From assembly GCF_036971445.1 (NCBI RefSeq), contig NC_091482.1:61690001-61754000 (forward strand): DNA of 64,000 bases, given 5' to 3'. The notes under the pieces are model-generated. The model worked only from the letters and a program-made list of their open reading frames with translations, did not search any database and had not been told where the DNA came from. A program made the translations under genes and the position numbers. Origin of the DNA: Narcine bancroftii (Eukaryota). Of the stretch, positions 14,395 through 28,158 are shown in pieces (position 1 is the stretch's first letter; every line of letters starts with the position of its first letter).

Positions 14395-14669
14395 GTAAGT
14401 ACAGGACGGGATTACTAATAGTGGAAGGATTATAATCTAACATTCTATGATCAGATTTCACCACCTATGCTGCTCCATATGCTTTCGATTTGTGAATTAT
14501 TAATGGCAGATGCTGCATCAGTTATTTTACTAGGATAGGCATTGCATTCTGGGAGCTCTGGAAACTGGTGTTCCCTTGTATAACTGAGTGGATTGCCTGG
14601 TGGTTTTGCTTAGGTAAATAGCTGATGTGTACGTTTAAGATTTCTATATATTCTGTTTGCCATCCTGGA

Positions 14670-15890
14670 GCAAGTAAGGGTCAATAAATCCCAAGGGCCT
14701 GACAAGATATTCCCTCAGACCTTGAGGGAGGCTAGAGTAGAAATTGCAGGAGCCTATCTGATATTTAAAACATCCTTAACCATGGGCAAAGTTCCAAAAA
14801 TTTGGAGGATATTTAATGTTTTTTAAAAAAAGACTGAGAATGATCTGGGAAATTATAAGATGGTGAGCCTGACATTAATAATCGGTAAGTTATTGGAAGG
14901 AATTTTAAGAGACCAGATATACATACTTGGATAGAGAAGGACTGAATAGGTCTCAGCATGGCTACATGTGTGGTGAGTCTTGGAATTTTTCAAGTTTACC
15001 AGGAAAGTTGATGAAGAAATAACAGTGGATGTTGCCTACATAGACTTTAGTAAGGCCTTTGATAAGGTCCCACTTGTGAGGTTGGTCAAGAAGGTTCAGT
15101 CACTTGGTGTTCATGGTGAGGTAGACATTGGCTCGTAAAAGTCAGAGAGTGGTAGTGAAGGATTGTCTCATTCTGGAGGCTTGTATCTTGTGCGCTTCAG
15201 TGATTTGTGCTGGATCCATTATTGTTTGTCATCAATAAATTAAATGACGATGTGGTAAATTGCATTATCAAATTTGCAGATGATGCTAAGATTAAGGGTG
15301 TAGTGCACATAGTAGAAGGCTTTCAAAGCTTTCAACAGGATCTGGACCAGCTAGAAAAATGGATGGAATTTAATGCAGACAGGTGTAAGATGTTGCACTT
15401 TGGGAGGATGAACCAGGGTAGCACTTGCATACTAAACTGTAGAGAACTGTGGAGTGCAATAGAACAGAGGGATTTGGAATACAGATAAATAATTCCTTAT
15501 ACAGTCATAGGACTTCATCCCCTGCAGCATCAGAAAATTAGGGTAGATTTATAAAGATGTAAAAAATGATGGGGGTTTAGATCGGGTAAATGAAGACAGC
15601 TTTTTTCAACTGAGGTTTGGTGAGACCAGAACTGGGGACATCGATTAAGGGGAAGGGTGAAATGTTTAGGGGGACATCAGGGGTAACTTCAGTTGGAGGG
15701 TGGTGAAAGAGCTACAGGCAGAGGTGGTGAATGCAGGTTCAATTTTAACATTTGAGAAAAATTTGGATTGATACAGGGATGGGAGGGGAATAGAGGGTGA
15801 TGGCCTTGGTGCAGGTCATTGTGACTAGGTGGAATGGTGTTACAACATAGACTAGATGAGCTTAAAGGCCTGTTTCTGTGCTCTAGTGGT
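14670..15890 (+). mobile_element. CR1-like LINE 3' portion, decayed
   Basis: Remnants GPDKIFP, DFSKAFDKVP, KFADDAKI, MEFNADRCKMLHFG. Confidence 0.8.
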
Positions 15891-16156
15891 TCTAACCAGG
15901 TGGGCATCTATTTTACTGAGTGCTCCCTTTTAAAGTCAGAAACACTTGTCTGTTGCAAACAGACACGAATGTCCATTGTACATTAGGTCCTGTTGATCAG
16001 AAGTTTATAGATTGTGGTGGTAAGGATTGGAACTGGTCTCCCTGATGTTGAGGATGGGGCACTGTGTGGGCTATAAAAGTTAACATCGTCAAGATCAAAG
16101 GAACTCACTCTAAGGTGTTGAAACTTTTTTTGAACAAAACTTTATAATCCTCACAG

Positions 16157-16208
16157 GTTAATAAGGGACTGGCCTACCTACGGGAGAAACACAAGATCAT
16201 GCACCGAG
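16157..16208 (+). CDS. MAP2K1: MEK1 exon 5 (VNKGLAYLREKHKIMHR)
   Basis: acag| ... G|GTATG; 52 nt. Confidence 0.96.
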
Positions 16209-17039
16209 GTATGCTGATAATGGATTGAATGTTCCCGGTGAGGAGCTTTTCCATGTAAAATTCTTGGGCAACAGAATTGTGGGAAGACCAAGGCACTGTC
16301 ATATTGACCCTGCCAGGAGTATCGTGAGGGCTTGGCTCAGTGTCCAGCATGGTCAGGTCTGGAAGGATATTCTATTACCTCGGTTTATGTCGATAGCTGC
16401 AAACAGTAACAACATTCCCACATGTTTTATGAACCCTTTGAGATGTAAACCCCCACCAAGCTCATTGGAAGCAGCAGGACAATCTCCAGCTTTTATTGCT
16501 CATCCCTTGATGCTGCTAAGGCAGTGATGGTGAGCTGCAGATCTGTGTGGCCCAGCTAAGTTCACTGCCCTCCTGCACAGGATCCATTGGTACCAGGAGC
16601 TGGTGATACCCAGTGATGTGCTGAGTGTTGTGATGCCAGGAATGAAGTGAATGATGCAGCAGGGAAGAGGGATCCACAGGGTTCACACTGTTCACAGTTT
16701 TCCCATTGGATAATTTGTGTAATCAAGGAGTGGTCTGAGTCTTTCACTTCACCAGAAAATCAGAGATAAAAGTTGTAAAATAAAAAAAGGTTTTTTCTCT
16801 CCTTTCCCAGAATGCTTGGACTCCGTACCACACAGCAGCTCTTGAAGCCTTTAGATTTCTCCAGATCAAGATAAAAAGCAGTAAAAGGCTTGTTGCCAAT
16901 GTGTGCACAGTTTTCCCACAACCAAGTGAAATTATCAGGAAGATGCAATTCCAATGATCATTCCTGGGCTCCTTTAACAAACTTTTGTTAGCCTCACAGC
17001 TTTTCCTTGTAATCCTGTAAACATTTCCTTTTCATATTA

Positions 17040-17651
<612 letters not shown>

Positions 17652-18858
17652 TAAGGAAGAGCTCAGATTGGAAAATGCTTCCACTGATGCCTCTCGTCTA
17701 GGGGTTTGGACACTTGCTGAGCCAATTATGGAGGTTATCTGTCTTGAGATTGAGAGACTCTCTAAGCTTTGGCCAAAAGCAGCTGTCACCCCCAACCAAG
17801 TGGATGCTTTGTCCTGGATGACCTTTCAGCCTGTTGGATCTGTTCTGCCTTCCAGCAGAGTAAAATCATCTGAATCATTCCTTGTAGCCTTGCAACACGT
17901 TCTCTCTCACACGGCAGTGACTCTCCTTTGATTCCTTTTGGCCCTCACCTACTCTAAAGAGTGATTTAAATGGGAAATTAACCTAAGCAGCACCTCTTTA
18001 GGATGTGGATGGAAAGGAAATCACCTGGTGGAATCTAAACAGTTGCAGTGAGAAAATGCAGACTCCACAAAAGTACCCTGGTTCCTGGTCAGTGCAACAG
18101 CAGCACCTCCTACCGCTCTGTTGTACCACCCGTGAGCATTGTTGGAGTGGGCTCCCGTAGATGGTGGGAAGGGTCAGGAGGTGAGTCACTTACCACAGCC
18201 TCAGTCAATTTTTTAGCCGCTGGCAAGCCCAGGATGTTGGTGTTCGTGGCAGGAGACTAGACAATGAGAATGTCATTGAGCATCAGTGGTAGGTGGTTAG
18301 ATTTCCCCTTGACTGAAATAGCCACTGCCTGGCAGTTATGTGGTGAAGGTGCTTGGGCCAGACTGTTGCTCCAGGGTGTCTGCAGCATAATTATTGGGGA
18401 GCTGCTGATGGACCTCAGCATCAGCTATATCATTAACTTGTTACAGGAATGTTACTCCTTCATTCTAAACACTAGAGTGCACCTCAGAGTGAAGGCAAGA
18501 GCTCCAATGAGTCTGTGCTGAAAGAACTTGCTTTTCAGACCCACGCCCATTCCTCGCCCATGTTTCTGCTGTCCTCCTTGGCTGTTTGATCAACCTTATC
18601 AGCACCTTTTTTCAGGCTGTGGTGCCTGCCCTGAAGATGGTTCATTGCTGCCATGGAAAGAAACACCCTGTTTCAATGCCCTCTCAATCCACTAGGAAAA
18701 TGTGCACATTTATTGTGGGGACAGTGCAGGTGAGTGATAGTACTGGAATGATGGGCTGAATGGTTGACTCTGTTCCATGAGTTCTGGAATGGGTTTCTAG
18801 ATGTGCGGATGTCACACAGAGAGACTAACCCCAGGCCCACATTCTGATTATTTTACAG

Positions 18859-19060
18859 CCAGAAAGACTCCAGGGAACACACTATTCTGTTCAGTCTGAT
18901 ATCTGGAGTATGGGCCTTTCTCTCGTGGAAATGGCAATTGGCAGATATCCCATTCCTCCACCTGATGCGAAGGAGCTCGAACAAATCTTTGGCTGTCGCA
19001 TGGGTGAAGACTCGACATCCTCTGAGCAGAGCAGTCGACCACCTGGGCGTCCTGGGAGCT
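18859..19060 (+). CDS. MAP2K1: MEK1 exon 7 ([17 protein letters not shown]...RPPGRPGS)
   Basis: acag| ... |GTGAGT; 202 nt. Confidence 0.96.
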
Positions 19061-19240
19061 GTGAGTTTGAAACTTGAACCTGTATCCCATTGTCTAGTCA
19101 CTGGGGTTGGGGAGTTGGTGGGGAGAGGGATCACTGGTGTTGGGGAAATCTTGACATTTTTGTGTCTGTATCATCAAGATAATTTGGCTGGTTGTTGGGG
19201 AGTAAGTTGAGACATCTTAAGTTTTCATTTCTTCTTGCAG

Positions 19241-19305
19241 CTTTTGGAGTCGACAGTAGACCTCCGATGGCAATATTTGAGCTGTTGGATTACATTGTGA
19301 ATGAG
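19241..19305 (+). CDS. MAP2K1: MEK1 exon 8 ([22 protein letters not shown])
   Basis: gcag| ... GAG|GTCAGT; 65 nt. Confidence 0.96.
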
Positions 19306-19407
19306 GTCAGTGTTGCTCCTAGGTTCCAGGACAACAGCAGCTGTTTGGATTGTCTTGCAGTCAGGCTCCTTGCGATTTATAACTTTTTATGTTCATTCTC
19401 CTTGCAG

Positions 19408-19469
19408 CCACCTCCTAAATTGCCATCTGGAGTTTTCAGTGATGAATTCCAGGACTTTGTGAATATTTG
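19408..19469 (+). CDS. MAP2K1: MEK1 exon 9 ([21 protein letters not shown])
   Basis: gcag| ... TG|GTGAGT; 62 nt. Confidence 0.96.
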
Positions 19470-19579
19470 GTGAGTTGATTATGATTAGATTGGGTCCTGG
19501 GGTTCAGTGCCATAGGAGGAGCCCACAGCAGTTCTGAGGGGAGTGGTACTGGTTGTTCATTTCCCAATTTAAAAAAAAA

Positions 19580-19803
19580 TGTAGACATTCTGTTCTGTTA
19601 TAGGCCCTTTCAGCCTATAAGCCCATGCCACCCAATTGACCTACAGCCCCCCATATGTTTTGAACGGAGTGAAGAAACTGGAGCACCTGGAGGAAACCCA
19701 TGCAGACATGGGGAGAACATAACTCCTTACAGGCAGCATGGGATTCAAACCCCGGCCCTGATTGCTCTGTAACAGTGTTGCACTAACAGCTACGTTAACC
19801 ACG
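19580..19803 (-). mobile_element. V-domain SINE
   Basis: Reverse complement of the same core. Confidence 0.7.
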
Positions 19804-20069
19804 ATTTTTTCGGGGTGTACTGATTTCCAGAGGTGTTTAACCAATGTTGCCTGGACTGGAGGATTGTGGGTTGGATTGGATAGGCTGGCATTATTTTCCC
19901 TGAAGCAAAGGAGATATATAAACATTCTAAGAGACATAAATAAGGTAGATTGTGAGAATCTTGTTCCTATGGTAAGGGTATCAAAACGAGGCCATAATTT
20001 TAAAATGAGGAGGGAGCATTAGAGGGGATCTGAGGGGAAAGTTTTGTTTCACAGTGACTCATCCCACTT

Positions 20070-21425
20070 TCTCCATGTCAAAGGATACCTGCCTGGGTCC
20101 CAGCTAGGCTGCCTTTTGGCTTTGTATGCTGCAAGTCTATTCAGGCAGGGCTCCTCAACTTTTCCTCAGCTATATTGCCAACTACATTGATGTCTCTGAT
20201 GAGCTCGTCAACTTCATTCACTTTGCTGCTAACTTTCACCCCGACCTCCAATTCATTTAGTTCATTACCACTGATATTCTCCCCTTTCTTGATTTCTGTC
20301 TCCATTTTTGTACATATTTACCAACTCCCACAACTACCTTGACTACACTTCTTCACACCCAGTCCTCTGTAAGGATTCTATTCTTTTCTCTCAATTCCTC
20401 CTGTCTCTGTTGTATATGCTCCAAAGATGAGGTCTTCCAGTGCAGATAATATGAGATGTCTTCCTCCTAGGAAAAAAAGTAGATTTCCCCTCTACCATCT
20501 CCACGCCCTTATCCGCATCCCTCCATTTTCCACTCATCTGCCCTGGCTCCCTCTGCTCCGAGACACAACAAACACAGGATTCCCTTTGACCTCACCTACC
20601 AGCCTCCACTTCTAACATATTTTCCTCTGCAATTTCCTTCACCTACAATTTGATCCCACCACCAGACACGTCTTCCTCTCTCTCCCTCATTGACTCCCTC
20701 ATCCCTTCCCACTAATTGCCCCCTTGGCACTTCCTGTGGCCATAGGTGAAGGGCCACACGTGCCCACACTTCTGCCCTCACCACCCAAACAGTCCTTTCA
20801 GGTGAAGCAACACTTCACTTGTGAATCTGTGGCATCCGCTGCTCCTTTTGTAGACTTCTCTACATTGGAGAGACTGGGAGATCGCTTTGCTGAGCACCTT
20901 TGCTCTCTCTGCATCAATGACAGGGATCTCCCAGTGACCAACCATTCAATTCTGTGCCCCACTCCTGTACTGACCTTGTCCACTGCCAAACCATGGCTGC
21001 CCTTAAATTGGAGGAGCAACACCTAATATTCAGTCTGGGCTCTCTCCAACTGGATGGCATTAACATCGACTTCTCTGGTTTCTGCTTGCCCACTCCATTC
21101 TACCTTTCCTCCCGATCCGTCTCTCTCTTCCAGCTCTCGCCACCTCTTTCCCTCTCCATTCACAGAGCCATTTGCTGGTGTGTGCCCTCCCTCCCTATCC
21201 AACTATTGCCTCCGGCCTGTGGGATTGTGCTCCTCCTTCTGGCCCTCCCCTCCACCAATGTAGACGCCTGCCTACATTTTGCTCATATCTTGATGAAAGG
21301 CTCTAGCCCAAAATGTTGGTTATGTATCTTTATCTTTGCTATATAAAATACACTGTTTGACCTGTAGAGTTTCTCTAGCATCGTGTTTTTACTTCATTCA
21401 CAGTGTCTGCAGACTTTCGTTTTTC
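20070..21425 (+). mobile_element. Penelope-like element fragment (RT C-terminus + GIY-YIG), decayed
   Basis: Remnants YLDYTSSHP, SFQVKQHFTCES, LGDRFAEHL, LEEQHLIFSLGSLQ; boundaries approximate. Confidence 0.75.
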
Positions 21426-22313
21426 TCAATTCCTTCTGTGTCACTTCCCCATCTTTTAACTATGCTCCCTGTTTCAGATTCTAATTAGTGTTGTGTTGCA
21501 CTATCTTGGTGTCCAAGTTGATTGACTGAGAACCTTGCATTAACATCTTACCAGCTTTCAGAAGCTGAGATTGTTTGCACACTGTCGATTAAAGAACATT
21601 GTCTATCGTGGACATCAGGGCTTACAATGACGTGCATATCTTGGTGTGTTGTGGTTTCATACTTTTACCAGTTTGAATAAGGTTGATCTGCTGGAGTATG
21701 TGACCGACATGGGTTTGACGACACATTGTTGCAGATTTCTTGTCTTACCCATGCTGTTAAAGACAACACTTTACTATTGAAAGGCCACTTGTCCTGCTTA
21801 AGGTGTGTTTAGAGACTCACTGATTCTTTTTGTCACTTGTATTGAAGCCTATTTGTATACTGCAATGAGCAGGTTGTATTGACCCCAAGAACCAGTTCTC
21901 TTCCATTGTGTATTTATGAAATGTAGGAATGACTGGCCAAGCCAGCAAATATTGCCCATCCCAGAACACTGCTGGAAAGGTGGTAACTGGCTACCGCAGA
22001 GGAGGGAGTTCCTGGAGAGATGCCCAGTGTCAATATTTCCAATGCAGTATTGTTAGTGATCCCAAGGGGTATGGTGTTCCCATGTGCCTACTACCCTTGT
22101 TCTTGTGTCTAGAACATGGAAGTCATGGATGTGGGAAATGCTGCTGGAGCTGCTTTTTTGTTGAGTAATGGCATTGCATCTTGTAGATTGAAAGCTACAG
22201 TGGGTGGATGTGCAGAGGGAGTGAAAGTCCCACTCAAGTCCATTGCTTTGTCCGAGATGCCATCCAACTTCTTGAGAGTGCTGTACACATCCAGCGTAAG
22301 AGTGTGTTCTATC

Positions 22314-25300
22314 GAGGAGTCACGTGATGGAGTAGTGGCGGTAGGGTAAAACCAGCACTCACCAGAAAAAAAAAGTAAAGACAAAGCTTAACAAATATAA
22401 AGTATAAGAAATAGAAGATAAAGTTGCAGAGAAGAGAAAGAAAATGGCACCCAAAAAGGAAAAAGTAAAAACAATGGGGGGAAAAAAGAAAAGTCACCGG
22501 AAAAGAAAAGAAAGAAGGTCTTACCTGCACGAAGGAACAGGAAGCCGTGGTGGCGAAGAGCACCTGATCTCCGAGGTTGGTGCCGGCCCGCAGAGTCGCG
22601 ATCCCCCCCACCCCCGACCAGTGGACTGCAAAAACGGCTCTCTAAGCCAAACAAAAGTCCGCAACTGCGCATATGCGAGGAGGAGTAGTGCGTGCGCAAT
22701 GCACAATCAAAGGTAAAAGAAAACACCGATGGGAGGGGGGCTCAGCCGAGGAGTGGGCAACTGAGGGATGCCCGACACCAGGGCTCTCATCTGGAAGATG
22801 AGGAAGGCGACAGGAGAGGGAGTGAGGAACCAGGTGAGGAAGAAAGTCGACGGGGTGAACGGCAAGAAGAGTAGCAGCAGAATGCCCAACAGATGAGCAT
22901 CCCAGGAGGGGAGGATCAACAAGAAGAGGCCCAGCAAGAGGCCTGACAAAGTGATACAAGCAACTCATCAGGAGAATCAGAAGAGACACAGATACAGAGA
23001 AGAAGAAGACACAAATACAGGTACAGACACAGAAGAAGATGACCAAGATCTTCACAGAGAAATAGAAGGTAAAACAGATGGACAGAATATAGATAAAGCC
23101 TTTTTTTTTAGAACAAATGAGATCATTAAAAGAATGGTTGTCATTAGAATTTAGTGCAATTAAAAGAAAAATGAAAAGAACAGATGAAATGCAAAGTTTA
23201 GAACGGGTCATGACAGAAATAGGGAAAAGAGTAGAAAATGTGGAAGAATGAGAAATGGCTGTAGAAATGGAAGTAAATGACAAGAGGAAAATTGGAAGAA
23301 AGTGACAAAAAAATTAAAGAGACACAAGAGTTGTTAGCTCAGAAAATTGGTATGTTGGAAAATTATAGTAGGTGAAGCAAGATAAAAATAGTGGGCCTGA
23401 AGATGAAGAAGGCACAGACATAAAGGAATTTATAAAAGGGTGGATCCCGAAGGTCCTGGGAATGACAGAAATGCAGGAAGAAATGGAAATAGAAAGGGCA
23501 CACAGAGCACTAGCCCCGAAACCACAGACACATCACAAACTAAGATCCATTTTAGTAAAATTTTTTGAGATATACGACAAGAAAAAATATATTGGAACAG
23601 GCAAGGAATAAAGTTAGAGAAGATAATAAACCATTGGAATACAAGGGTCAAAAAATAATTTTTTACCCAGACATAAGTTTTGAATTCTTTAAGAGTTTAA
23701 TACAGCAAAATCGATTCTATGGGGGGGGGGGGGGGAAAGGTTATAAATTCATGTTAAAACATCTGGCCGTGCTTAAATTATTTATACCCGGGGAGCAAAA
23801 TAGACTGTTCTCGGATCCGGAGGAAGCACAAGAATTTGCAGAGTATTTGCAGGACAGGAGAGATGAAGAGATGTAAAAAGAATAAAGAAAGACGATAAAG
23901 TATATATAAAAATATAAAAACAATGTATATGTAAAGAACTAAAGAGGGAAAAGAGAGGGGAAGGGGGGAAAAAAGGGAGAGCTTTGTTATATGTGTGTAA
24001 AAGAAAAAGTTTTCTGGAGGGGGTTGGAGAGGGGGGGGGGAGAGAATAACCGTCACTGTGAAATCAGTTGACCCTTACGAGCAAGATCACAACCCAAATG
24101 GAAAGGGAAGTTGTGGTTGCCCAGCAAGGGATAAGGGGCAACTTGGAGAGGGGGTGGGCATTTGGGGTTAAGGTAATATTGGATGTGGGAGTTGTTGGAG
24201 TATTTTATGTTTTAAATGTGTTGTCATACATTGAGTTTAAAAAGGGAAAACAGATGAAAATGGGGAAAAAGGGGGATGGAGGTGGAGGTGGTGTGGAAGC
24301 AGAAAAGAGATATAAGATGGCCACGTTCAACTATATGACTAAAAACATTAATGGAATACATAACCAAATTAAAAGGAAGAGGCTATTAAATTTACTGAAA
24401 AAAGAAAAATAGATATAGCATTTGTGCAGGAAACGCATCTAACTGAAGTGGAACACAATATATTAAAGAGAGACTGAGTAGGCCAGGTAGCAGCAGTATC
24501 ATATAATTCAAAAGCTAGAGGTGTAGCCATATTAGTTGACAATAAACACAAGGTTACGCATGATGCAGTATAATTGGTTACACAAGTTATACATCACTCC
24601 TCAAAAATTAAAATGGGATCCAACATTATCAGATAGATGTTTTTGCTGTAAGAAGGAAATGGGAATAACAGTACATGCAATTTGGGCATGTACGAAAGTG
24701 AATACATTTTGGGAAGATCTAAATCAGATATTAAATAAAATCAGAAAAAATAACATACCAAAAAATCCAGAGATCTTTCTTTTAAGTCACATAAGAAGTA
24801 GAGAATTAGGCCTCAAATTGGATAAAGCGCAAAAAAGATTCATTATGATGGCCTTAGCAGTAGCAAAAAAGTGTATAATGTTCACTTTGAAAATGGAAGA
24901 GAGCATGAGAATACAGCAATGGTACATGGAAATGAATAAATGTATTCCATTGGAAAAAATAACATAAATGTAAAAATTAAAGTCAGATTATTTGAACAAA
25001 TTTAGGAACCATACATGGGACATAACAGGGAGAGCTTGCCTCAGACCTCCACCCCCTAAAATGATAAGAAGACAAAATGATTTGATTCAGTGTCTAAAAA
25101 CAAATGAAGCATTTTTCCTGTTTATTTTTCATTGGGTGAAGACATTGTTTAATGGTTTTATTGTATTGTATATGTTGAATATTTATTGGTTTTGATGGGG
25201 GGGAAGGGGGAGGGAGGAAAAAAGGGAGAAAATGCCACTGTGTATATTTAATGAGAAATGTTTGTATATATTTTGGTTGATATGGTTCAGTGTGAAAAAT

Positions 25301-25321
25301 AAAAAAATATATTAAAAAAAA
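22314..25321 (+). mobile_element. L1-clade LINE with both termini, decayed ORF1 and internally deleted ORF2
   Basis: TSD AGTGT(G/C)TTCTATC at 22301-22313 and 25322-25334; ORF1 motifs EIERAHRAL, IFYPDIS; endonuclease N-terminus NINGIHNQIKRK and VQETHL; C-terminal CxxC...H...WxC; AATAAA plus poly(A). Confidence 0.9.
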
Positions 25322-26178
25322 AGTGTCTTCTATCAGTCCTGGCTTGCCTTGTAAAAAGGAGTTGCGGTGTCAGGAGGACAGTTATTTGCCTCTGTCCTGA
25401 TCTTGCAGCCATGATATTGACTGCTCTATTTACATTTATGATCAGTCATGATCAAAAGTATTTTCTTTTAAGTATGGAGGGAGTGTCACAGATCTTTCTT
25501 TGACTGGTTGGTTAGGCTAATCTTCAAAAAAAATGTTTAGTAGAAGAGGGGATCTTTTACAAACCAATGCAATTCTATCTGAACTAGACAGATGCAGAGA
25601 TGAAGTTCCTGTGGTTAAAGTCCAGAACTAGAGTGACAGCTTCAAATTGCAGTCTGCTAATTAGGTCAGGTGAAGTTCTTCATGTAGTGATGAACTCATG
25701 GAATTACCACAGAAGGCCATGAGGATCAATTCATTGCATTTTATACATTCAAGGTCAGCAAATGGGGTCAGGAGTCAGATATGAACGGAAGCTGGAAACA
25801 AGCTATTTGGTCATGATCGTATGAATGGTGGAGCAGAACCAAAGGGCTGTATGGCCTATTTTCTGTTCCTTTTAAGAGTAAAATCCTCAAAGCTCCTGTA
25901 ATATTTCCCATGGTATTGATAAGTTTCCTTTGTCAATTAATCTCTCTCCCTCTTTGATATCAACTGAGTAATTCATGGCTAACTCCCATGCTTTCTTTTG
26001 AGGTGAAAGGTTCACCAACCTCTCCTGCATATGCTCAGTAAGATGTGTTCCCTGTTATAACATGGAGAGTACTGGAATTTCCACAGGGAAAACACAGTTC
26101 AAGAATCTCATCTTGTAAAATGAAGTGGGTGGAAGTCAATTGCTATTTATGAGCAAATGTGCCTATTTCTTTTATCAG

Positions 26179-26224
26179 CTTGATAAAGAATCCGGCAGAG
26201 AGAGCAGACTTGAAGCAGCTCATG
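26179..26224 (+). CDS. MAP2K1: MEK1 exon 10 (LIKNPAERADLKQLM)
   Basis: tcag| ... ATG|GTGAGT; 46 nt. Confidence 0.96.
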
Positions 26225-26942
26225 GTGAGTAAATCCTCGATTCTTTGGTTCTTGTAATAATATGCTGGTCTTAAGTTAACATTTAATGGCTATATATTGA
26301 AGTTCCTTCTATGGCCTTGAGTTTTTAAATGGAGCAGACCATTAGGAAGTTCTGTAGATTAACAATTTGCTTTCAATCTCACATCCTGAAATGCTGGATT
26401 GATAGGGAAAGGATTGAGTGTTTTCCATTGTATTCAACCTTTGCAGGGTATGGTCTCCACGTGATATCAGACAGCTCAAGCTCGAAACATTAGTTATGTA
26501 CCTTTTATCTTTTCTATATAAAGTATGTTTGCTGAGTTTCTCCAGTATTGTGATTTTACATCAAAGATCCTTCCAATTTGTTATGGAGGACACCAACGAG
26601 CATTGCCCCAATATGACGAAGTATAATTTGAAGGCATGAATAGGAAAGAAGTTTCTACCACCAGTCAAGGCCACAGGCTTTTAAGACATTTATGATGTGA
26701 ACCCCATTCAATGAAGATGGCAAAATATGAGTTTAATACAAACTTCCAGCAGAAGCACAAAGGGCAAATATCTTCATGATTCATTAACATTTTAAATCTG
26801 TACGTACTGTGGATATGGGTTTTGTGGTCAGCATGTGCTGTTCATCTCTGTAGCAATAGCACGTCTGCATCACTGGGGAAATGTGTGACGCTTTTCTAAG
26901 TGTCTCTGGATGAGCACCTTTTGATAATTATTTTTGTGACAG

Positions 26943-27056
26943 GCTCATTCTTTCATCAAGCGATCAGAGGCGGAAAAAGTGGATTTCGCAGGCTGGCTGT
27001 GTACCACGATCGGCTTGAAACAGCCAAGCACTCCAACCCACACTCCTGCTATATAA
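26943..27056 (+). CDS. MAP2K1: MEK1 exon 11, coding part ([37 protein letters not shown])
   Basis: acag| acceptor; TAA at 27054-27056. Confidence 0.96.
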   Translation, partial: AHSFIKRSEAEKVDFAGWLCTTIGLKQPSTPTHTPAI

Positions 27057-28152
27057 ATCACCATGCTGTTAAACCACTGTTGTGTGCAGCAAACTGATGG
27101 ATGTTTCTGCTGATGGTACCTCATCAATGACCATGTCATATCTATTTAAAGATGCATTTACATTTTTAAAGGAACCCGTAATTTTGTCAATTTAACAGCC
27201 CCTTAAATTTAAAAATTTGCTGATAGGAATAGAGAGCAAGATGGTCTTGGGGCTCAGTGCCAAGAGGGAATAGTTGAGGGTAACTAATGAGGTGGGGGGC
27301 AACATGGCAATTCACTAGTGTACTCCAATTTTGTGGAAAATCAATTTGTATTTTAGAGGTTTATTGGTTCCTCGCTAGCACTTACAGAATGCTCTGAATA
27401 CTTAATAAGACTGCAGTGCAGAGAAACTGGAATCTCAGTTGAATAGTACATTCTAACTTCTTTCTGCTGCAAGCCTTATCCACTCACTCTTTCAACTCTA
27501 TACTTCTACCCCATCAAACATCCACCTCAGTCATTAAGTAAACCTAGTGGAAGCTGGTTGCAGATTATGTTCCTTTTCCTTGTTAGGTGAATTGCACTAA
27601 TTTCTAGATTGTTTAGTTCAAGATGCAGCCTGTAGCCAATTGTAATGAGTGTAGTTTCTGCAATATTCGAGCTGATGTCACTAGGCCAGAAATGAACGCT
27701 GTGCTAAAACCACTATTTTAAGCTGGCCCGTTCAATATGGTTCTTGTGGACTTTTCAAAATTTACACCCGGGCCAAGTAGGAATGTTGAAACCTGATGAG
27801 CATATTATTTTGTTTCTCAGCTTGGGCAGGTGGTTGCATCACTAATAATTCTCTTCCACTCACCACCTTTAAACAGAATTGTCTTTGCCCCCACCCCCTC
27901 CCCAACACACTTAACTACTTTATAGTTGAAATGTAGTGGACAATGCTGCATGACTTTATTTCTACTCTTGACCAAGAACAAAACGATAATGGGCATTGAT
28001 CTGGTGGAGCTGTAAATAGAATTAATTAGTAGATAACATTAATCACTGTATGTGAAAGGCAAAATATCACAAGGTGAAAACTTGTTTTGAGGTGTTGATC
28101 AGAACTAAAAAAAAATCACAAGCTTGGGGTAATACAGCCAGTGCTTAAGCAA

Positions 28153-28158
28153 AATAAA
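28153..28158 (+). terminator. candidate MAP2K1 poly(A) signal AATAAA
   Basis: Canonical hexamer about 1.1 kb after the stop; usage unverified. Confidence 0.35.
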
